Assembly: GCA_964016885.1 (NCBI GenBank) | Contig: OZ024757.1 | Location: 10,106,001-10,170,000, forward strand | From: Eledone cirrhosa | Taxonomy: Eukaryota | DNA: 64,000 nt | Direction of reading: 5' to 3' | The notes under the pieces: model-generated | The model's input: the letters and a program-made list of their open reading frames with translations, nothing else | The model's database searches: none | What the model was told of the DNA's origin: nothing | Made by a program: the position numbers and the translations under genes | Shown: in pieces, positions 32,401-46,170 of the stretch | Layout of the letters: each line of letters starts with the position of its first letter | Position numbering within the stretch: the first letter of the stretch is position 1

Positions 32401-35400
32401 GTCGGAGTAAAGTTAAGTTGGGGTTAAGTTAAGTTGGGGGTAAGTTAAGTTGTGGTTAAGTTAAGTTGGGGTTAAGTTGGGGTTAAGTTAAGTTGGGGTT
32501 GAGTTAAGTTGGGGTTGAATTAAGTTGGGATTGAGTTAAGTTGGAGTTAAGTTAAGTTGGGGTTAAGTTAAGTTGGGGTTAAGTTAAGTTGGCGTTAAAT
32601 TAAGTTGGGGTTAAGTTAAGTTGGGGTTACGTTAAGTTGGGGTTAAGTTAAGTTGGGGTTAAGTCAAGTTGGGGTTAAATCAAGTTGGGGTTAACTTAAG
32701 TTTGGATTAACTTAAGTTGGGTTAACTTAAGTTGGGATTAAGTTGGGGTTAACTTAAGTTGGGGTTAAGTTAAGTTGAGGCTAAGTTAAGTTGGGGCTGA
32801 GTTAAATTGGGGTTAAGTTAAGTTAGGGTTAAGTTAAGTTGGGGTTAAGGTAAGTTGGGGTTAAGTTAAGTTGGGGTTAAGTTAAGTTGGGGTTAAGTTA
32901 AGTTGGGGTTAACTTAAGTTGGGGTTAACTTAAGTTGGGGTTAAGTTGGGGTTAACTTAAGTTGGGGTTAATTTAAGTTGGGGTTGAGTTAAGTTGGGGT
33001 TGATTTCAGTTTGGGTTGAGTTAAGTTGGGGTCGAGTTAAGTTGGGGTTGTGTTAAGTTGGGGTTAAGTTAAGTTGGGGTTAAGTTAAGTTGGGGTTGAG
33101 TTAAGTTGGGATCGAGGTAAGTTGGGGTTGAGTTAAGTTGGGGTTAAGTTAAGTTGGGGTTAACTTCAGTTGGGGTTAACTTAAGTTGGGGTTAAGTTAA
33201 GTTGGGGTTAAGTTTAGGTAGGGTTAAGTTAAGTTGGGGTTAAGTTAAGTTGGGGTTAAGTTAAGTTGGGGTTAAGTTAAGTTGGGGTTGAGTTAAGTTA
33301 GGGTCGAGTTAAGTTGGGGTTGAGTTAATTTGAGGTTGAATTAAGTTGGGGTTAGGTTAAGTTGGGGTTAAGTTAAATTTGGTTTAAGTTAAGTTGGGGT
33401 TAAGTTAAGTTGGGGTTAAGTTAAGTTGGGATTAGATTAAGTTGGGGTTAAGTTAAGTTGGGGTTGAGTTAAGTTGGGGTTAAGTTAAGTTGGCGTTAAG
33501 TTAAGTTGGGGTTAAGTTAAGTTGGGGTTAAGTTAAGTTGGGGTTAATTTAAGTTGGGGTTAAGTTAAGTTGGGGTTAAGTTAAGTTGGGGTTAAGTTAA
33601 GTTGGGGTTAAGTTAAGTTGGAGTTAAGTTAAGTTGGGGTTAATTTAAGTTGGGGTTAAGTTAAGTCGGGGTAAAGTTAAGTTGGGGTTAAGTTAAGTTG
33701 GGGGTAAGTTAATTTGGGGTTAAGTTAAGTTGGGGTTTAGTTTATTTGGGGTTAAGTCAAGTCGGGGTTAAGTCAAGTTGGGGTTAAGTTAAGTTGGGGT
33801 TAAGTTAAGTCGGGGTTAAGTTAAGTTGGGATTAAGTTAAGTCGGGGTTAAGTTAAGTTGGGGTTAAGTTAAGTTGGGGTAAGTTAAGTTGGGGTTAAGT
33901 TAAGTTGGGGTTTACTTAAGTTGGGGTTAAGTCAAGTTGGGGTTAAGTCAAGTTGGGGTTAAGTCAAGTTGGGGTTAAGTTAAGTTGGGGTTAAGTTAAG
34001 TTGGGGTTAAATTAAGTTGGGGTTAAGTTAAGTTGGGGTTAAGTTAAGTTGGCGTTAAGTTAAGTTGGTGTTAAGTTAACTTGGGGTTAAGTTAACTTGG
34101 GGTTAAGTTAAGTTGGGGTTAAGTCAAGTTGGGGTTAAATCAAGTTGGGGTTAACTTAAGTTTGGATTAACTTAAATTGGGTTAACTTAAGTTGGGGTTA
34201 AGTTGGGGTTAACTTAAGTTGGGGTTAAGTTAAGTTGGGGTTAAGTTAAGTTGGGGTTGAGTTAAGTTGGGGTTGAGTTAAGTTGGGGTTGAGTTAAGTT
34301 GGGGTTGATTTAAGTTGGGGTTGAGTTAAGTTGGGGTCGAGTTAAGTTGGGGTTGAGTTAAGTTGGCGTTAAGTTAAGTTGGGGTTAAATTAAGTTGGGG
34401 TTAAGTTAAGTTGGCGTAAGTTAAGTTGGGGTTAAGTTAAGTTGGGGTTAAGTCAAGTTGGGGTTAAGTCAAGTTGGGGTTAAGTCAAGTTGGGGTTAAC
34501 TTAAGTTGGGGTTAAGTTAAGTTGGGGTTAAGTTAATTTGGGGTTAAGTTAAGTTGGCGTTAAGTTAAGTTGGGGTTAAGTTAATTTGGGGTTAAGTTAA
34601 GTTGGGGTTAAGTTAAGTTAGGGTTAAATTAAGTTGGCGTTAAGTTAAGTTGGCGTTAAGTTAAGTTGGGGTTAAGTTAAGTTGGGGTTAAGTCAAGTTG
34701 GGTTTAAGTCAAGTTGGGGTTAAATCAAGTTGGAGTTAACTTAAGTTTGGATTAACTTAAGTTGGGTTAACTTAAATTGGGGTTAAGTTGGGGTTGACTT
34801 AAGTTGGGGTTGAGTTAAGTTGGGGTCGAGTTAAGTTGGGGTTGAGTTAAGTTGGGGTTAAGTTAAGTTGGGGGTAACTTTAAGTTGGGGTTAAGTTAAG
34901 TTGGGGTTAATTTAAGTTGGGGTTAAGTTAAGTTGGGGTTAAGTTAAGTTGGGGTTAAGTAAAGTTGGGGTTGAGTTAATTTGGGGTTGAATTAAGTTGG
35001 GGTTAGGTTAAGTTGGGGTTAAGTTAAATTTGGTTTAAGTTAAGTTGGGGTTAAGTTAAGTTGGGGTTAATTTAAGTTGGGATTAGGTTAAGTTGGGGTT
35101 AAGTTAAGTTAGGGTTAAGTTAAGTTGGGGTTAAGTCAAGTTGGGGTTAAGTCAAGTTGGGGTTAAGTCAAGTTGGGGTTAAGTTAAGTTAAGGTTAAGT
35201 TAAGTTGGGGTTAAGTTAAATTGGGGTTAAGTTGGGGTTAAGTTAAGTTGAGGTTAAGTTAAGTTGGGGTTAATTTAAGTTGGGGTTAAGTTAAGTTGGG
35301 GTTAAGTTAAGTTGGGGTTAAGTTAAGTTGGGGTTGAGATAAGTTGGGGCTAATTTAAGTTGGTGTTAATTGAAGTTGGGGTTAAGTTAAGTTGGGGTTA

Positions 35401-38284
35401 AGTTAAGTTGGGGTTAAGTTAAGTTGGGGTTAAGTTAAGTTGGTGTTAACTTAAGTAGGGGTTAAGTTAAGTTGGGGTTAACTTAAGTTGGGGTTAACTT
35501 AAGTTGGGGTTAAGTTGGGGTTAACTTAAGTTGGGGTTAAGTTAAGTTGGGGTTAAGTTAAGTTGGGGTTAAGTTAAGTTGTATTAAGTTACGTTGGGGG
35601 TAAGTTAAGTTGGGGATAAGTTAAGTTGGGGTTAAGTTAAGTTGAGGTTAAGTTAATTTGGGGTTAAGTTGAGTTGGGGGTAAGTTAAGTTGGGGGTAAG
35701 TTAAGTTGGGGTTAAGTTAAGTTGGGGTTAAGTTAAGTTGGGGGTAAGTTAAGTTGGGGTTAAGTTGGGGTTAAGTTAAGTTGGGGTTAAGTTGGGGTTA
35801 AGTTAAGTTGGGGTTAAGTTAAGTTGGGGTTAAGTTAAGTTGGGGGTAAGTTAAGTTAGGGGTAAGTTAAGTTGGGGTTAAGTTAAGTTGGGGTTAAATT
35901 AAGTTGGGGTTATTTTAAGTTGGGGTTAAGTTAAGTTGGGGTTAATTTAAGTTGGGGTTAAGGTAAGTTGGGGTTCAGTTAAGTTGCGGTTAAGTTAAGT
36001 TGGGGGTAATTTATGTTGGGGGTTAGTTAAGTTGGGGTTAAGTTAAGTTGGGGATAAGTTAAGTTGGGGGTAAGTTAAGTTGGGGGTAAGTTAAGTTGGG
36101 GGTAAGTTAAGTTGGGGGTAAGTTAAGTTGGGGTTAAGTTAAGTTGGGGTTAAGTTAAGTTGGGGTTGAGTTAAGTTGGGGTTGAGTTAAGTTGGGGTCG
36201 AGTTAAGTTGGGGTTGAGTTAAGTTGGGGTTAAGTTAAGTTGGGGTTAATTTAAGTTGGGGTTAAGTTAAGTTGGGATTAGGTTAAGTTGGGGTTAAGTT
36301 AAGTTGGGGTTAAGTTAAGTCGGAGTAAAGTTAAGTTGGGGTTAAGTTAAGTTGGGGGTAAGTTAAGTTGTGGTTAAGTTAAGTTGGGGTTAAGTTGGGG
36401 TTAAGTTAAGTTGGGGTTGAGTTAAGTTGGGGTTGAATTAAGTTGGGATTGAGTTAAGTTGGAGTTAAGTTAAGTTGGGGTTAAGTTAAGTTGGGGTTAA
36501 GTTAAGTTGGCGTTAAATTAAGTTGGGGTTAAGTTAAGTTGGGGTTACGTTAAGTTGGGGTTAAGTTAAGTTGGGGTTAAGTCAAGTTGGGGTTAAATCA
36601 AGTTGGGGTTAACTTAAGTTTGGATTAACTTAAGTTGGGTTAACTTAAGTTGGGATTAAGTTGGGGTTAACTTAAGTTGGGGTTAAGTTAAGTTGAGGCT
36701 AAGTTAAGTTGGGGCTGAGTTAAATTGGGGTTAAGTTAAGTTAGGGTTAAGTTAAGTTGGGGTTAAGGTAAGTTGGGGTTAAGTTAAGTTGGGGTTAAGT
36801 TAAGTTGGGGTTAAGTTAAGTTGGGGTTAACTTAAGTTGGGGTTAACTTAAGTTGGGGTTAAGTTGGGGTTAACTTAAGTTGGGGTTAATTTAAGTTGGG
36901 GTTGAGTTAAGTTGGGGTTGATTTCAGTTTGGGTTGAGTTAAGTTGGGGTCGAGTTAAGTTGGGGTTGTGTTAAGTTGGGGTTAAGTTAAGTTGGGGTTA
37001 AGTTAAGTTGGGGTTGAGTTAAGTTGGGATCGAGGTAAGTTGGGGTTGAGTTAAGTTGGGGTTAAGTTAAGTTGGGGTTAACTTCAGTTGGGGTTAACTT
37101 AAGTTGGGGTTAAGTTAAGTTGGGGTTAAGTTTAGGTAGGGTTAAGTTAAGTTGGGGTTAAGTTAAGTTGGGGTTAAGTTAAGTTGGGGTTAAGTTAAGT
37201 TGGGGTTGAGTTAAGTTAGGGTCGAGTTAAGTTGGGGTTGAGTTAATTTGAGGTTGAATTAAGTTGGGGTTAGGTTAAGTTGGGGTTAAGTTAAATTTGG
37301 TTTAAGTTAAGTTGGGGTTAAGTTAAGTTGGGGTTAAGTTAAGTTGGGATTAGATTAAGTTGGGGTTAAGTTAAGTTGGGGTTGAGTTAAGTTGGGGTTA
37401 AGTTAAGTTGGCGTTAAGTTAAGTTGGGGTTAAGTTAAGTTGGGGTTAAGTTAAGTTGGGGTTAATTTAAGTTGGGGTTAAGTTAAGTTGGGGTTAAGTT
37501 AAGTTGGGGTTAAGTTAAGTTGGGGTTAAGTTAAGTTGGAGTTAAGTTAAGTTGGGGTTAATTTAAGTTGGGGTTAAGTTAAGTCGGGGTAAAGTTAAGT
37601 TGGGGTTAAGTTAAGTTGGGGGTAAGTTAATTTGGGGTTAAGTTAAGTTGGGGTTTAGTTGATTTGGGGTTAAGTCAAGTCGGGGTTAAGTCAAGTTGGG
37701 GTTAAGTTAAGTTGGGGTTAAGTTAAGTCGGGGTTAAGTTAAGTTGGGATTAAGTTAAGTCGGGGTTAAGTTAAGTTGGGGTTAAGTTAAGTTGGGGTAA
37801 GTTAAGTTGGGGTTAAGTTAAGTTGGGGTTTACTTAAGTTGGGGTTAAGTCAAGTTGGGGTTAAGTCAAGTTGGGGTTAAGTCAAGTTGGGGTTAAGTTA
37901 AGTTGGGGTTAAGTTAAGTTGGGGTTAAATTAAGTTGGGGTTAAGTTAAGTTGGGGTTAAGTTAAGTTGGCGTTAAGTTAAGTTGGGGTTAAGTTAACTT
38001 GGGGTTAAGTTAACTGGGGGTTAAGTTAAGTTGGGGTTAAGTCAAGTTGGGGTTAAATCAAGTGGGGGTTAACTTAAGTTTGGATTAACTTAAATTGGGT
38101 TAACTTAAGTTGGGGTTAAGTTGGGGTTAACTTAAGTTGGGGTTAAGTTAAGTTGGGGTTAAGTTAAGTTGGGGTTGAGTTAAGTTGGGGTTGAGTTAAG
38201 TTGGGGTTGAGTTAAGTTGGGGTTGATTTAAGTTGGGGTTGAGTTAAGTTGGGGTCGAGTTAAGTTGGGGTTGAGTTAAGTTGG
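26470..38284 (+). repeat. Higher-order repeat: three tandem near-identical copies of a ~3918-bp unit
   Basis: GTATTAAGTTACG occurs at 27745, 31663 and 35581. CGGAGTAAAG occurs at 28485, 32403 and 36321. All spacings are 3918 bp. The first copy is about three monomers longer. Confidence 0.9.
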
Positions 38285-38519
38285 GGTTAAGTTAAGTTGG
38301 GGTTAAGTTAAGTTGGGGTTAAGTTAAGTTTGGTTTAAGTTAAGTTGGGGTTAAGTTAAGTTGGGGTTAAGTTAAGTTGGGATTAGGTTAAGTTGGGGTT
38401 AAGTTAAGTTGGGGTTAAGTTAAGTTGTGGTTAATTTAAGTTGGGGTTAAGTTAAGTTGGGGTTAAGTTAAGTTGGTGTTAAGGTAAGTTGGGGTTAAGT
38501 TAAGTTGGGGTTAAGTTAA

Positions 38520-41500
38520 GTTGGGGTTAAGTTAAGTTGGGGTTAACTTAAGTTGGGGTTAACTTAAGTTGGGGTTAAGTTGGGGTTAACTTAATTGGGG
38601 TTAAGTTGGGGTTAACTTAAGTTGGGGTTAAGTTAAGTTGGGGTTGAGTTAAGTTGGGGTTGATTTAACTTGGGGTTGAGTTAAGTTGGAGTCGAGTTAA
38701 GTTGGGGTTGAGTTAAGTTGGGGTTAAATTAAGTTGGGGTTAAGTTAAGTTGGAGTTAAGTTAAGTTGGGGTTATGTTAAGTTGGGGTTAAGTTAAGTTG
38801 GCGTTAAATTAAATTGGGGTTAAGTTAAGTTGGGGTTACGTTAAGTTGGGGTTAAGTTAAGTTGGGGTTAAGTCAAGTTGGGGTTAAATCAAGTTGGGGT
38901 TAACTTAAGTTTGGATTAACTTAAGTTGGGTTAACTTAAGTTGGGGTTAAGTTGGGCTTAACTTAAGTTGGGGTTAAGTTAAGTTGGGGTTGAGTTAAGT
39001 TGGGGTTGAGTTAAGTTGGGGTTGAGTTAAGTTGGGGTTGAGTTAAGTTGGGGTCGAGTTAAGTTGGGGTTGAGTTAAGTTGGGGTTAAGTTAAGTTGGG
39101 GTTAAGTTAAGTTGGGGTTAAGTTAAGTTGGGATTAGGTTAAGTTGGGGTTAAGTTAAGTTGGGGTTAAGTTAAGTCGGAGTAAAGTTAAGTTGGGGTTA
39201 AGTTAAGTTGGGGGTAAGTTAAGTTGTGGTTAAGTTAAGTTGGGGTTAAGTTGGGGTTAAGTTAAGTTGGGGTTGAGTTAAGTTGGGGTTGAATTAAGTT
39301 GGGATTGAGTTAAGTTGGAGTTAAGTTAAGTTGGGGTTAAGTTAAGTTGGGGTTAAGTTAAGTTGGCGTTAAATTAAGTTGGGGTTAAGTTAAGTTGGGG
39401 TTACGTTAAGTTGGGGTTAAGTTAAGTTGGGGTTAAGTCAAGTTGGGGTTAAATCAAGTTGGGGTTAACTTAAGTTTGGATTAACTTAAGTTGGGTTAAC
39501 TTAAGTTGGGATTAAGTTGGGGTTAACTTAAGTTGGGGTTAAGTTAAGTTGAGGCTAAGTTAAGTTGGGGCTGAGTTAAATTGGGGTTAAGTTAAGTTAG
39601 GGTTAAGTTAAGTTGGGGTTAAGGTAAGTTGGGGTTAAGTTAAGTTGGGGTTAAGTTAAGTTGGGGTTAAGTTAAGTTGGGGTTAACTTAAGTTGGGGTT
39701 AACTTAAGTTGGGGTTAAGTTGGGGTTAACTTAAGTTGGGGTTAATTTAAGTTGGGGTTGAGTTAAGTTGGGGTTGATTTCAGTTTGGGTTGAGTTAAGT
39801 TGGGGTCGAGTTAAGTTGGGGTTGTGTTAAGTTGGGGTTAAGTTAAGTTGGGGTTAAGTTAAGTTGGGGTTGAGTTAAGTTGGGATCGAGGTAAGTTGGG
39901 GTTGAGTTAAGTTGGGGTTAAGTTAAGTTGGGGTTAACTTAAGTTGGGGTTAACTTAAGTTGGGGTTAAGTTAAGTTGGGGTTAAGTTTAGGTAGGGTTA
40001 AGTTAAGTTGGGGTTAAGTTAAGTTGGGGTTAAGTTAAGTTGGGGTTAAGTTAAGTTGGGGTTGAGTTAAGTTAGGGTCGAGTTAAGTTGGGGTTGAGTT
40101 AATTTGAGGTTGAATTAAGTTGGGGTTAGGTTAAGTTGGGGTTAAGTTAAATTTGGTTTAAGTTAAGTTGGGGTTAAGTTAAGTTGGGGTTAAGTTAAGT
40201 TGGGATTAGATTAAGTTGGGGTTAAGTTAAGTTGGGGTTGAGTTAAGTTGGGGTTAAGTTAAGTTGGCGTTAAGTTAAGTTGAGGTTAAGTTAAGTTGGG
40301 GTTAAGTTAAGTTGGGGTTAATTTAAGTTGGGGTTAAGTTAAGTTGGGGTTAAGTTAAGTTGGGGTTAAGTTAAGTTGGGGTTAAGTTAAGTTGGAGTTA
40401 AGTTAAGTTGGGGTTAAGTCAAGTTGGGGTTGAGTTAATTTGGGGTTAAGTTAAGTTGGGGTTAAGTTAAGTTGGAGTTAAGTTAAGTTGGGGTTAAGTC
40501 AAGTTGGGGTTGAGTTAATTTGGGGTTGAATTAAGTTGGGGTTAGGTTAAGTTGGGGTTAAGTTAAGTTTGGTTTAAGTTAAGTTGGGGTTAAGTTAAGT
40601 TGGGGTTAAATTAAGTTGGGGTTAAGTTAAGTTGGGGTTGATTTAAGTTGGGGTTGATTTAAGTTGGGGTTGAATTAAGTTGGGGTCGAGTTAAGTTGGG
40701 GTTGAGTTAAGTTGGGGTTAAGTTAAGTTGGGGTTAAGTTAAGTTGGAGTTAAGTTAAGTTGGGGTTAAGTTAAGTTGGGGTTAAGTTAAGTCGGAGTAA
40801 AGTTAAGTTGGGTTTAAGTTAAGTTGGGGGTAAGTTAAGTTGTGGTTAAGTTAAGTTGGGGTTAAGTTGGGGTTAAGTTAAGTTGGGGTTGAGTTAAGTT
40901 GGGGTTGAATTAAGTTGGGATTGAGTTAAGTTGGAGTTAAGTTAAGTTGGGGTTAAGTTAAGTTGGGGTTAAGTTAAGTTGGCGTTAAATTAAGTTGGGG
41001 TTAAGTTAAGTTGGGGTCACGTTAAGTTGGGGTTGAGTTAAGTTGGGGTCGAGTTAAGTTATGGTTGAGTTAAGTTGGGGTTAAGTTAAGTTGGGGTTAA
41101 GTTAAGTTGGGGTTAAGTTAAGTTGGGATTAGATTAAGTAGGAGTTAAGTTAAGTTGGGGTTAAGTTAAGTTGTGGTTAAGTTAAGTTGGTGTTAAGTTA
41201 AGTTGGTGTTAAGTTAAGTTGGGGTTAAGTTAAGTTGGGGTTAACTTAAGTTGGAGTTAAGTTAAGTTGGGGTTAAGTTAAGTTGAGGCTAAGTTAAGTT
41301 GGGGCTGAGTTAACTTGGGGTTAAGTTAAGTTGGGGTTAAGTTAAGTTGGGGTTAAGGTAAGTTGGGGTTAAGTTAAGTTGGGGTTAAGTTCAGTTGGGG
41401 TTAAGTTAAGTTGGGGTTAACTTAAGTTGGGGTTAAGTTGGGGTTAACTTAAGTTGGGGTTAATTTAAGTTGGGGTTGAGTTAAGTTGGGGTTGATTTCA

Positions 41501-44500
41501 GTTTGGGTTGAGTTAAGTTGGGGTCGAGTTAAGTTGGGGTTGTGTTAAGTTGGGGTTAAGTTAAGTTGGGGTTAAGTTAAGTTGGGGTTGAGTTAAGTTG
41601 GGATCGAGGTAAGTTGGGGTTGAGTTAAGTTGGGGTTAAGTTAAGTTTGGTTTAAGTTAAGTTGGGGTTAAGTTAAGTTGGGGTTAACTTAAGGTGGGAT
41701 TAGGTTAAGTTGGGGTTAAGTTAAGTTGGGGTTAAGTTAAGTTGTGGTTAAGTTAAGTTGGGGTTAAGTTAAGGTGGGGTTAAGTTAAGTTGGGGTTAAG
41801 GTAAGTTGGGGTTAAGTTAAGTTGGGGTTAAGTTAAGTTGGGGTTAAGTTAAGTTGGGGTTAACTTAAGTTGGGGTTAAGTTGGGGTTAACTTAAGTTGG
41901 GGTTAAGTTGGGGTTAACTTAAGTTGGGGTTAAGTTAAGTTGGGGTTGAGTTAAGTTGGGGTTGATTTAAGTTGGGGTTGAGTTAAGTTGGAGTCGAGTT
42001 AAGTTGGGGTTGAGTTAAGTTGGGGTTAAGTTAAGTTGGGGTTAAGTTAAGTTGGGGTTAAGTTAAGTCGGAGTTAAGTTAAGTTGGGGTTAAGTTAAGT
42101 TGGGGGTAAGTTAAGTTGTGGTTAAGTTAAGTTGGGGTTAAGTTGGGGTTAAGTTAAGTTGGGGTTAAGTTAAGTGGGGTTGAGTTAAGTTGGAGTTAAG
42201 TTAAGTTGGGGTTAATTTAAGTTGGGGTTAAGTTAAGTCGGGGTAAAGTTAAGTTGGGGTTAAGTTAAGTTGGGGGTAAGTTAATTTGGGGTTAAGTTAA
42301 GTTGGGGTTTAGTTAATTTGGGGTTAAGTCAAGTTGGGGTTAAGTCAAGTTGGGGTTAAGTTAAGTTGGGGTTAAGTTAAGTCGGGGTTAAGTTAAGTTG
42401 GGGTTAAGTTAAGTCGGGGTTAAGTTAAGTTGGGGTTAAGTTAAGTTGGGGTAAGTTAAGTTGGGGTTAAGTTAAGTTGGGGTTTACTTAAGTTGGGGTT
42501 AAGTCAAGTTGGGGTTAAGTCAAGTTGGGGTTAAGTCAAGTTGGGGTTAAGTTAAGTTGGGGTTAAGTTAAGTTGGGGTTAAATTAAGTTGGGGTTAAGT
42601 TAAGTTGGGGTTAAGTTAAGTTGGCGTTAAGTTAAGTTGGGGTTAAGTTAACTTGGGGTTAAGTTAACTTGGGGTTAAGTTAAGTTGGGGTTAAGTCAAG
42701 TTGGGGTTAAATCAAGTTGGGGTTAACTTAAGTTTGGATTAACTTAAGTTGGGTTAACTTAAGTTGGGGTTAAGTTGGGGTTAACTTAAGTTGGGGTTAA
42801 GTTAAGTTGGGGTTAAGTTAAGTTGGGGTTCAGTTAAGTTGGGGTTGATTTAAGTTGGGGTTGAGTTAAGTTGGGGTCGAGTTAAGTTGGGGTTGAGTTA
42901 AGTTGGGGTTAAGTTAAGTTGGGGTTAAGTTAAGTTGGGGTTAAGTTAAGTTTGGTTTAAGTTAAGTTGGGGTTAAGTTAAGTTGGGGTTAAGTTAAGTT
43001 GGGATTAGGTTAAGTTGGGGTTAAGTTAAGTTGGGGTTAAGTTAAGTTGGGGTTAACTTAAGTTGGGGTTAACTTAAGTTGGGGTTAAGTTGGGGTTAAC
43101 TTAATTGGGGTTAAGTTGGGGTTAACTTAAGTTGGGGTTAAGTTAAGTTGGGGTTGAGTTAAGTTGGGGTTGATTTAACTTGGGGTTGAGTTAAGTTGGA
43201 GTCGAGTTAAGTTGGGGTTGAGTTAAGTTGGGGTTAAATTAAGTTGGGGTTAAGTTAAGTTGGAGTTAAGTTAAGTTGGGGTTATGTTAAGTTGGGGTTA
43301 AGTTAAGTTGGCGTTAAATTAAATTGGGGTTAAGTTAAGTTGGGGTTACGTTAAGTTGGGGTTAAGTTAAGTTGGGGTTAAGTCAAGTTGGGGTTAAATC
43401 AAGTTGGGGTTAACTTAAGTTTGGATTAACTTAAGTTGGGTTAACTTAAGTTGGGGTTAAGTTGGGCTTAACTTAAGTTGGGGTTAAGTTAAGTTGGGGT
43501 TGAGTTAAGTTGGGGTTGAGTTAAGTTGGGGTTGAGTTAAGTTGGGGTTGAGTTAAGTTGGGGTCGAGTTAAGTTGGGGTTGAGTTAAGTTGGGGTTAAG
43601 TTAAGTTGGGGTTAAGTTAAGTTGGGGTTAAGTTAAGTTGGGATTAGGTTAAGTTGGGGTTAAGTTAAGTTGGGGTTAAGTTAAGTCGGAGTAAAGTTAA
43701 GTTGGGGTTAAGTTAAGTTGGGGGTAAGTTAAGTTGTGGTTAAGTTAAGTTGGGGTTAAGTTGGGGTTAAGTTAAGTTGGGGTTGAGTTAAGTTGGGGTT
43801 GAATTAAGTTGGGATTGAGTTAAGTTGGAGTTAAGTTAAGTTGGGGTTAAGTTAAGTTGGGGTTAAGTTAAGTTGGCGTTAAATTAAGTTGGGGTTAAGT
43901 TAAGTTGGGGTTACGTTAAGTTGGGGTTAAGTTAAGTTGGGGTTAAGTCAAGTTGGGGTTAAATCAAGTTGGGGTTAACTTAAGTTTGGATTAACTTAAG
44001 TTGGGTTAACTTAAGTTGGGATTAAGTTGGGGTTAACTTAAGTTGGGGTTAAGTTAAGTTGAGGCTAAGTTAAGTTGGGGCTGAGTTAAATTGGGGTTAA
44101 GTTAAGTTAGGGTTAAGTTAAGTTGGGGTTAAGGTAAGTTGGGGGTAAGTTAAGTTGGGGTTAAGTTAAGTTGGGGTTAAGTTAAGTTGGGGTTAACTTA
44201 AGCTGGGGTTAACTTAAGTTGGGGTTAAGTTGGGGTTAACTTAAGTTGGGGTTAATTTAAGTTGGGGTTGAGTTAAGTTGGGGTTGATTTCAGTTTGGGT
44301 TGAGTTAAGTTGGGGTCGAGTTAAGTTGGGGTTGTGTTAAGTTGGGGTTAAGTTAAGTTGGGGTTAAGTTAAGTTGGGGTTGAGTTAAGTTGGGATCGAG
44401 GTAAGTTGGGGTTGAGTTAAGTTGGGGTTAAGTTAAGTTGGGGTTAACTTAAGTTGGGGTTAACTTAAGTTGGGGTTAAGTTAAGTTGGGGTTAAGTTTA

Positions 44501-46170
44501 GGTAGGGTTAAGTTAAGTTGGGGTTAAGTTAAGTTGGGGTTAAGTTAAGTTGGGGTTAAGTTAAGTTGGGGTTGAGTTAAGTTAGGGTCGAGTTAAGTTG
44601 GGGTTGAGTTAATTTGAGGTTGAATTAAGTTGGGGTTAGGTTAAGTTGGGGTTAAGTTAAATTTGGTTTAAGTTAAGTTGGGGTTAAGTTAAGTTGGGGT
44701 TAAGTTAAGTTGGGATTAGATTAAGTTGGGGTTAAGTTAAGTTGGGGTTGAGTTAAGTTGGGGTTAAGTTAAGTTGGCGTTAAGTTAAGTTGAGGTTAAG
44801 TTAAGTTGGGGTTAAGTTAAGTTGGGGTTAATTTAAGTTGGGGTTAAGTTAAGTTGGGGTTAAGTTAAGTTGGGGTTAAGTTAAGTTGGGGTTAAGTTAA
44901 GTTGGAGTTAAGTTAAGTTGGGGTTAAGTCAAGTTGGGGTTGAGTTAATTTGGGGTTAAGTTAAGTTGGGGTTAAGTTAAGTTGGAGTTAAGTTAAATTG
45001 GGGTTAAGTCAAGTTGGGGTTGAGTTAATTTGGGGTTGAATTAAGTTGGGGTTAGGTTAAGTTGGGGTTAAGTTAAGTTTGGTTTAAGTTAAGTTGGGGT
45101 TAAGTTAAGTTGGGGTTAAATTAAGTTGGGGTTAAGTTAAGTTGGGGTTGATTTAAGTTGGGGTTGATTTAAGTTGGGGTTGAATTAAGTTGGGGTCGAG
45201 TTAAGTTGGGGTTGAGTTAAGTTGGGGTTAAGTTAAGTTGGGGTTAAGTTAAGTTGGAGTTAAGTTAAGTTGGGGTTAAGTTAAGTTGGGGTTAAGTTAA
45301 GTCGGAGTAAAGTTAAGTTGGGTTTAAGTTAAGTTGGGGGTAAGTTAAGTTGTGGTTAAGTTAAGTTGGGGTTAAGTTGGGGTTAAGTTAAGTTGGGGTT
45401 GAGTTAAGTTGGGGTTGAATTAAGTTGGGATTGAGTTAAGTTGGAGTTAAGTTAAGTTGGGGTTAAGTTAAGTTGGGGTTAAGTTAAGTTGGCGTTAAAT
45501 TAAGTTGGGGTTAAGTTAAGTTGGGGTCACGTTAAGTTGGGGTTGAGTTAAGTTGGGGTCGAGTTAAGTTATGGTTGAGTTAAGTTGGGGTTAAGTTAAG
45601 TTGGGGTTAAGTTAAGTTGGGGTTAAGTTAAGTTGGGATTAGATTAAGTAGGAGTTAAGTTAAGTTGGGGTTAAGTTAAGTTGTGGTTAAGTTAAGTTGG
45701 TGTTAAGTTAAGTTGGGGTTAAGTTAAGTTGGGGTTAACTTAAGTTGGAGTTAAGTTAAGTTGGGGTTAAGTTAAGTTGAGGCTAAGTTAAGTTGGGGCT
45801 GAGTTAACTTGGGGTTAAGTTAAGTTGGGGTTAAGTTAAGTTGGGGTTAAGGTAAGTTGGGGTTAAGTTAAGTTGGGGTTAAGTTCAGTTGGGGTTAAGT
45901 TAAGTTGGGGTTAACTTAAGTTGGGGTTAAGTTGGGGTTAACTTAAGTTGGGGTTAATTTAAGTTGGGGTTGAGTTAAGTTGGGGTTGATTTCAGTTTGG
46001 GTTGAGTTAAGTTGGGGTCGAGTTAAGTTGGGGTTGTGTTAAGTTGGGGTTAAGTTAAGTTGGGGTTAAGTTAAGTTGGGGTTGAGTTAAGTTGGGATCG
46101 AGGTAAGTTGGGGTTGAGTTAAGTTGGGGTTAAGTTAAGTTTGGTTTAAGTTAAGTTGGGGTTAAGTTAA
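38520..46170 (+). repeat. Segmental duplication, offset 4510 bp (~38520-41670 vs ~43030-46170)
   Basis: CGGAGT at 39177/43687 and 40793/45303. The private marker TTGGGGTCAC is at 41011/45521. All offsets are 4510 bp. Confidence 0.85.
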
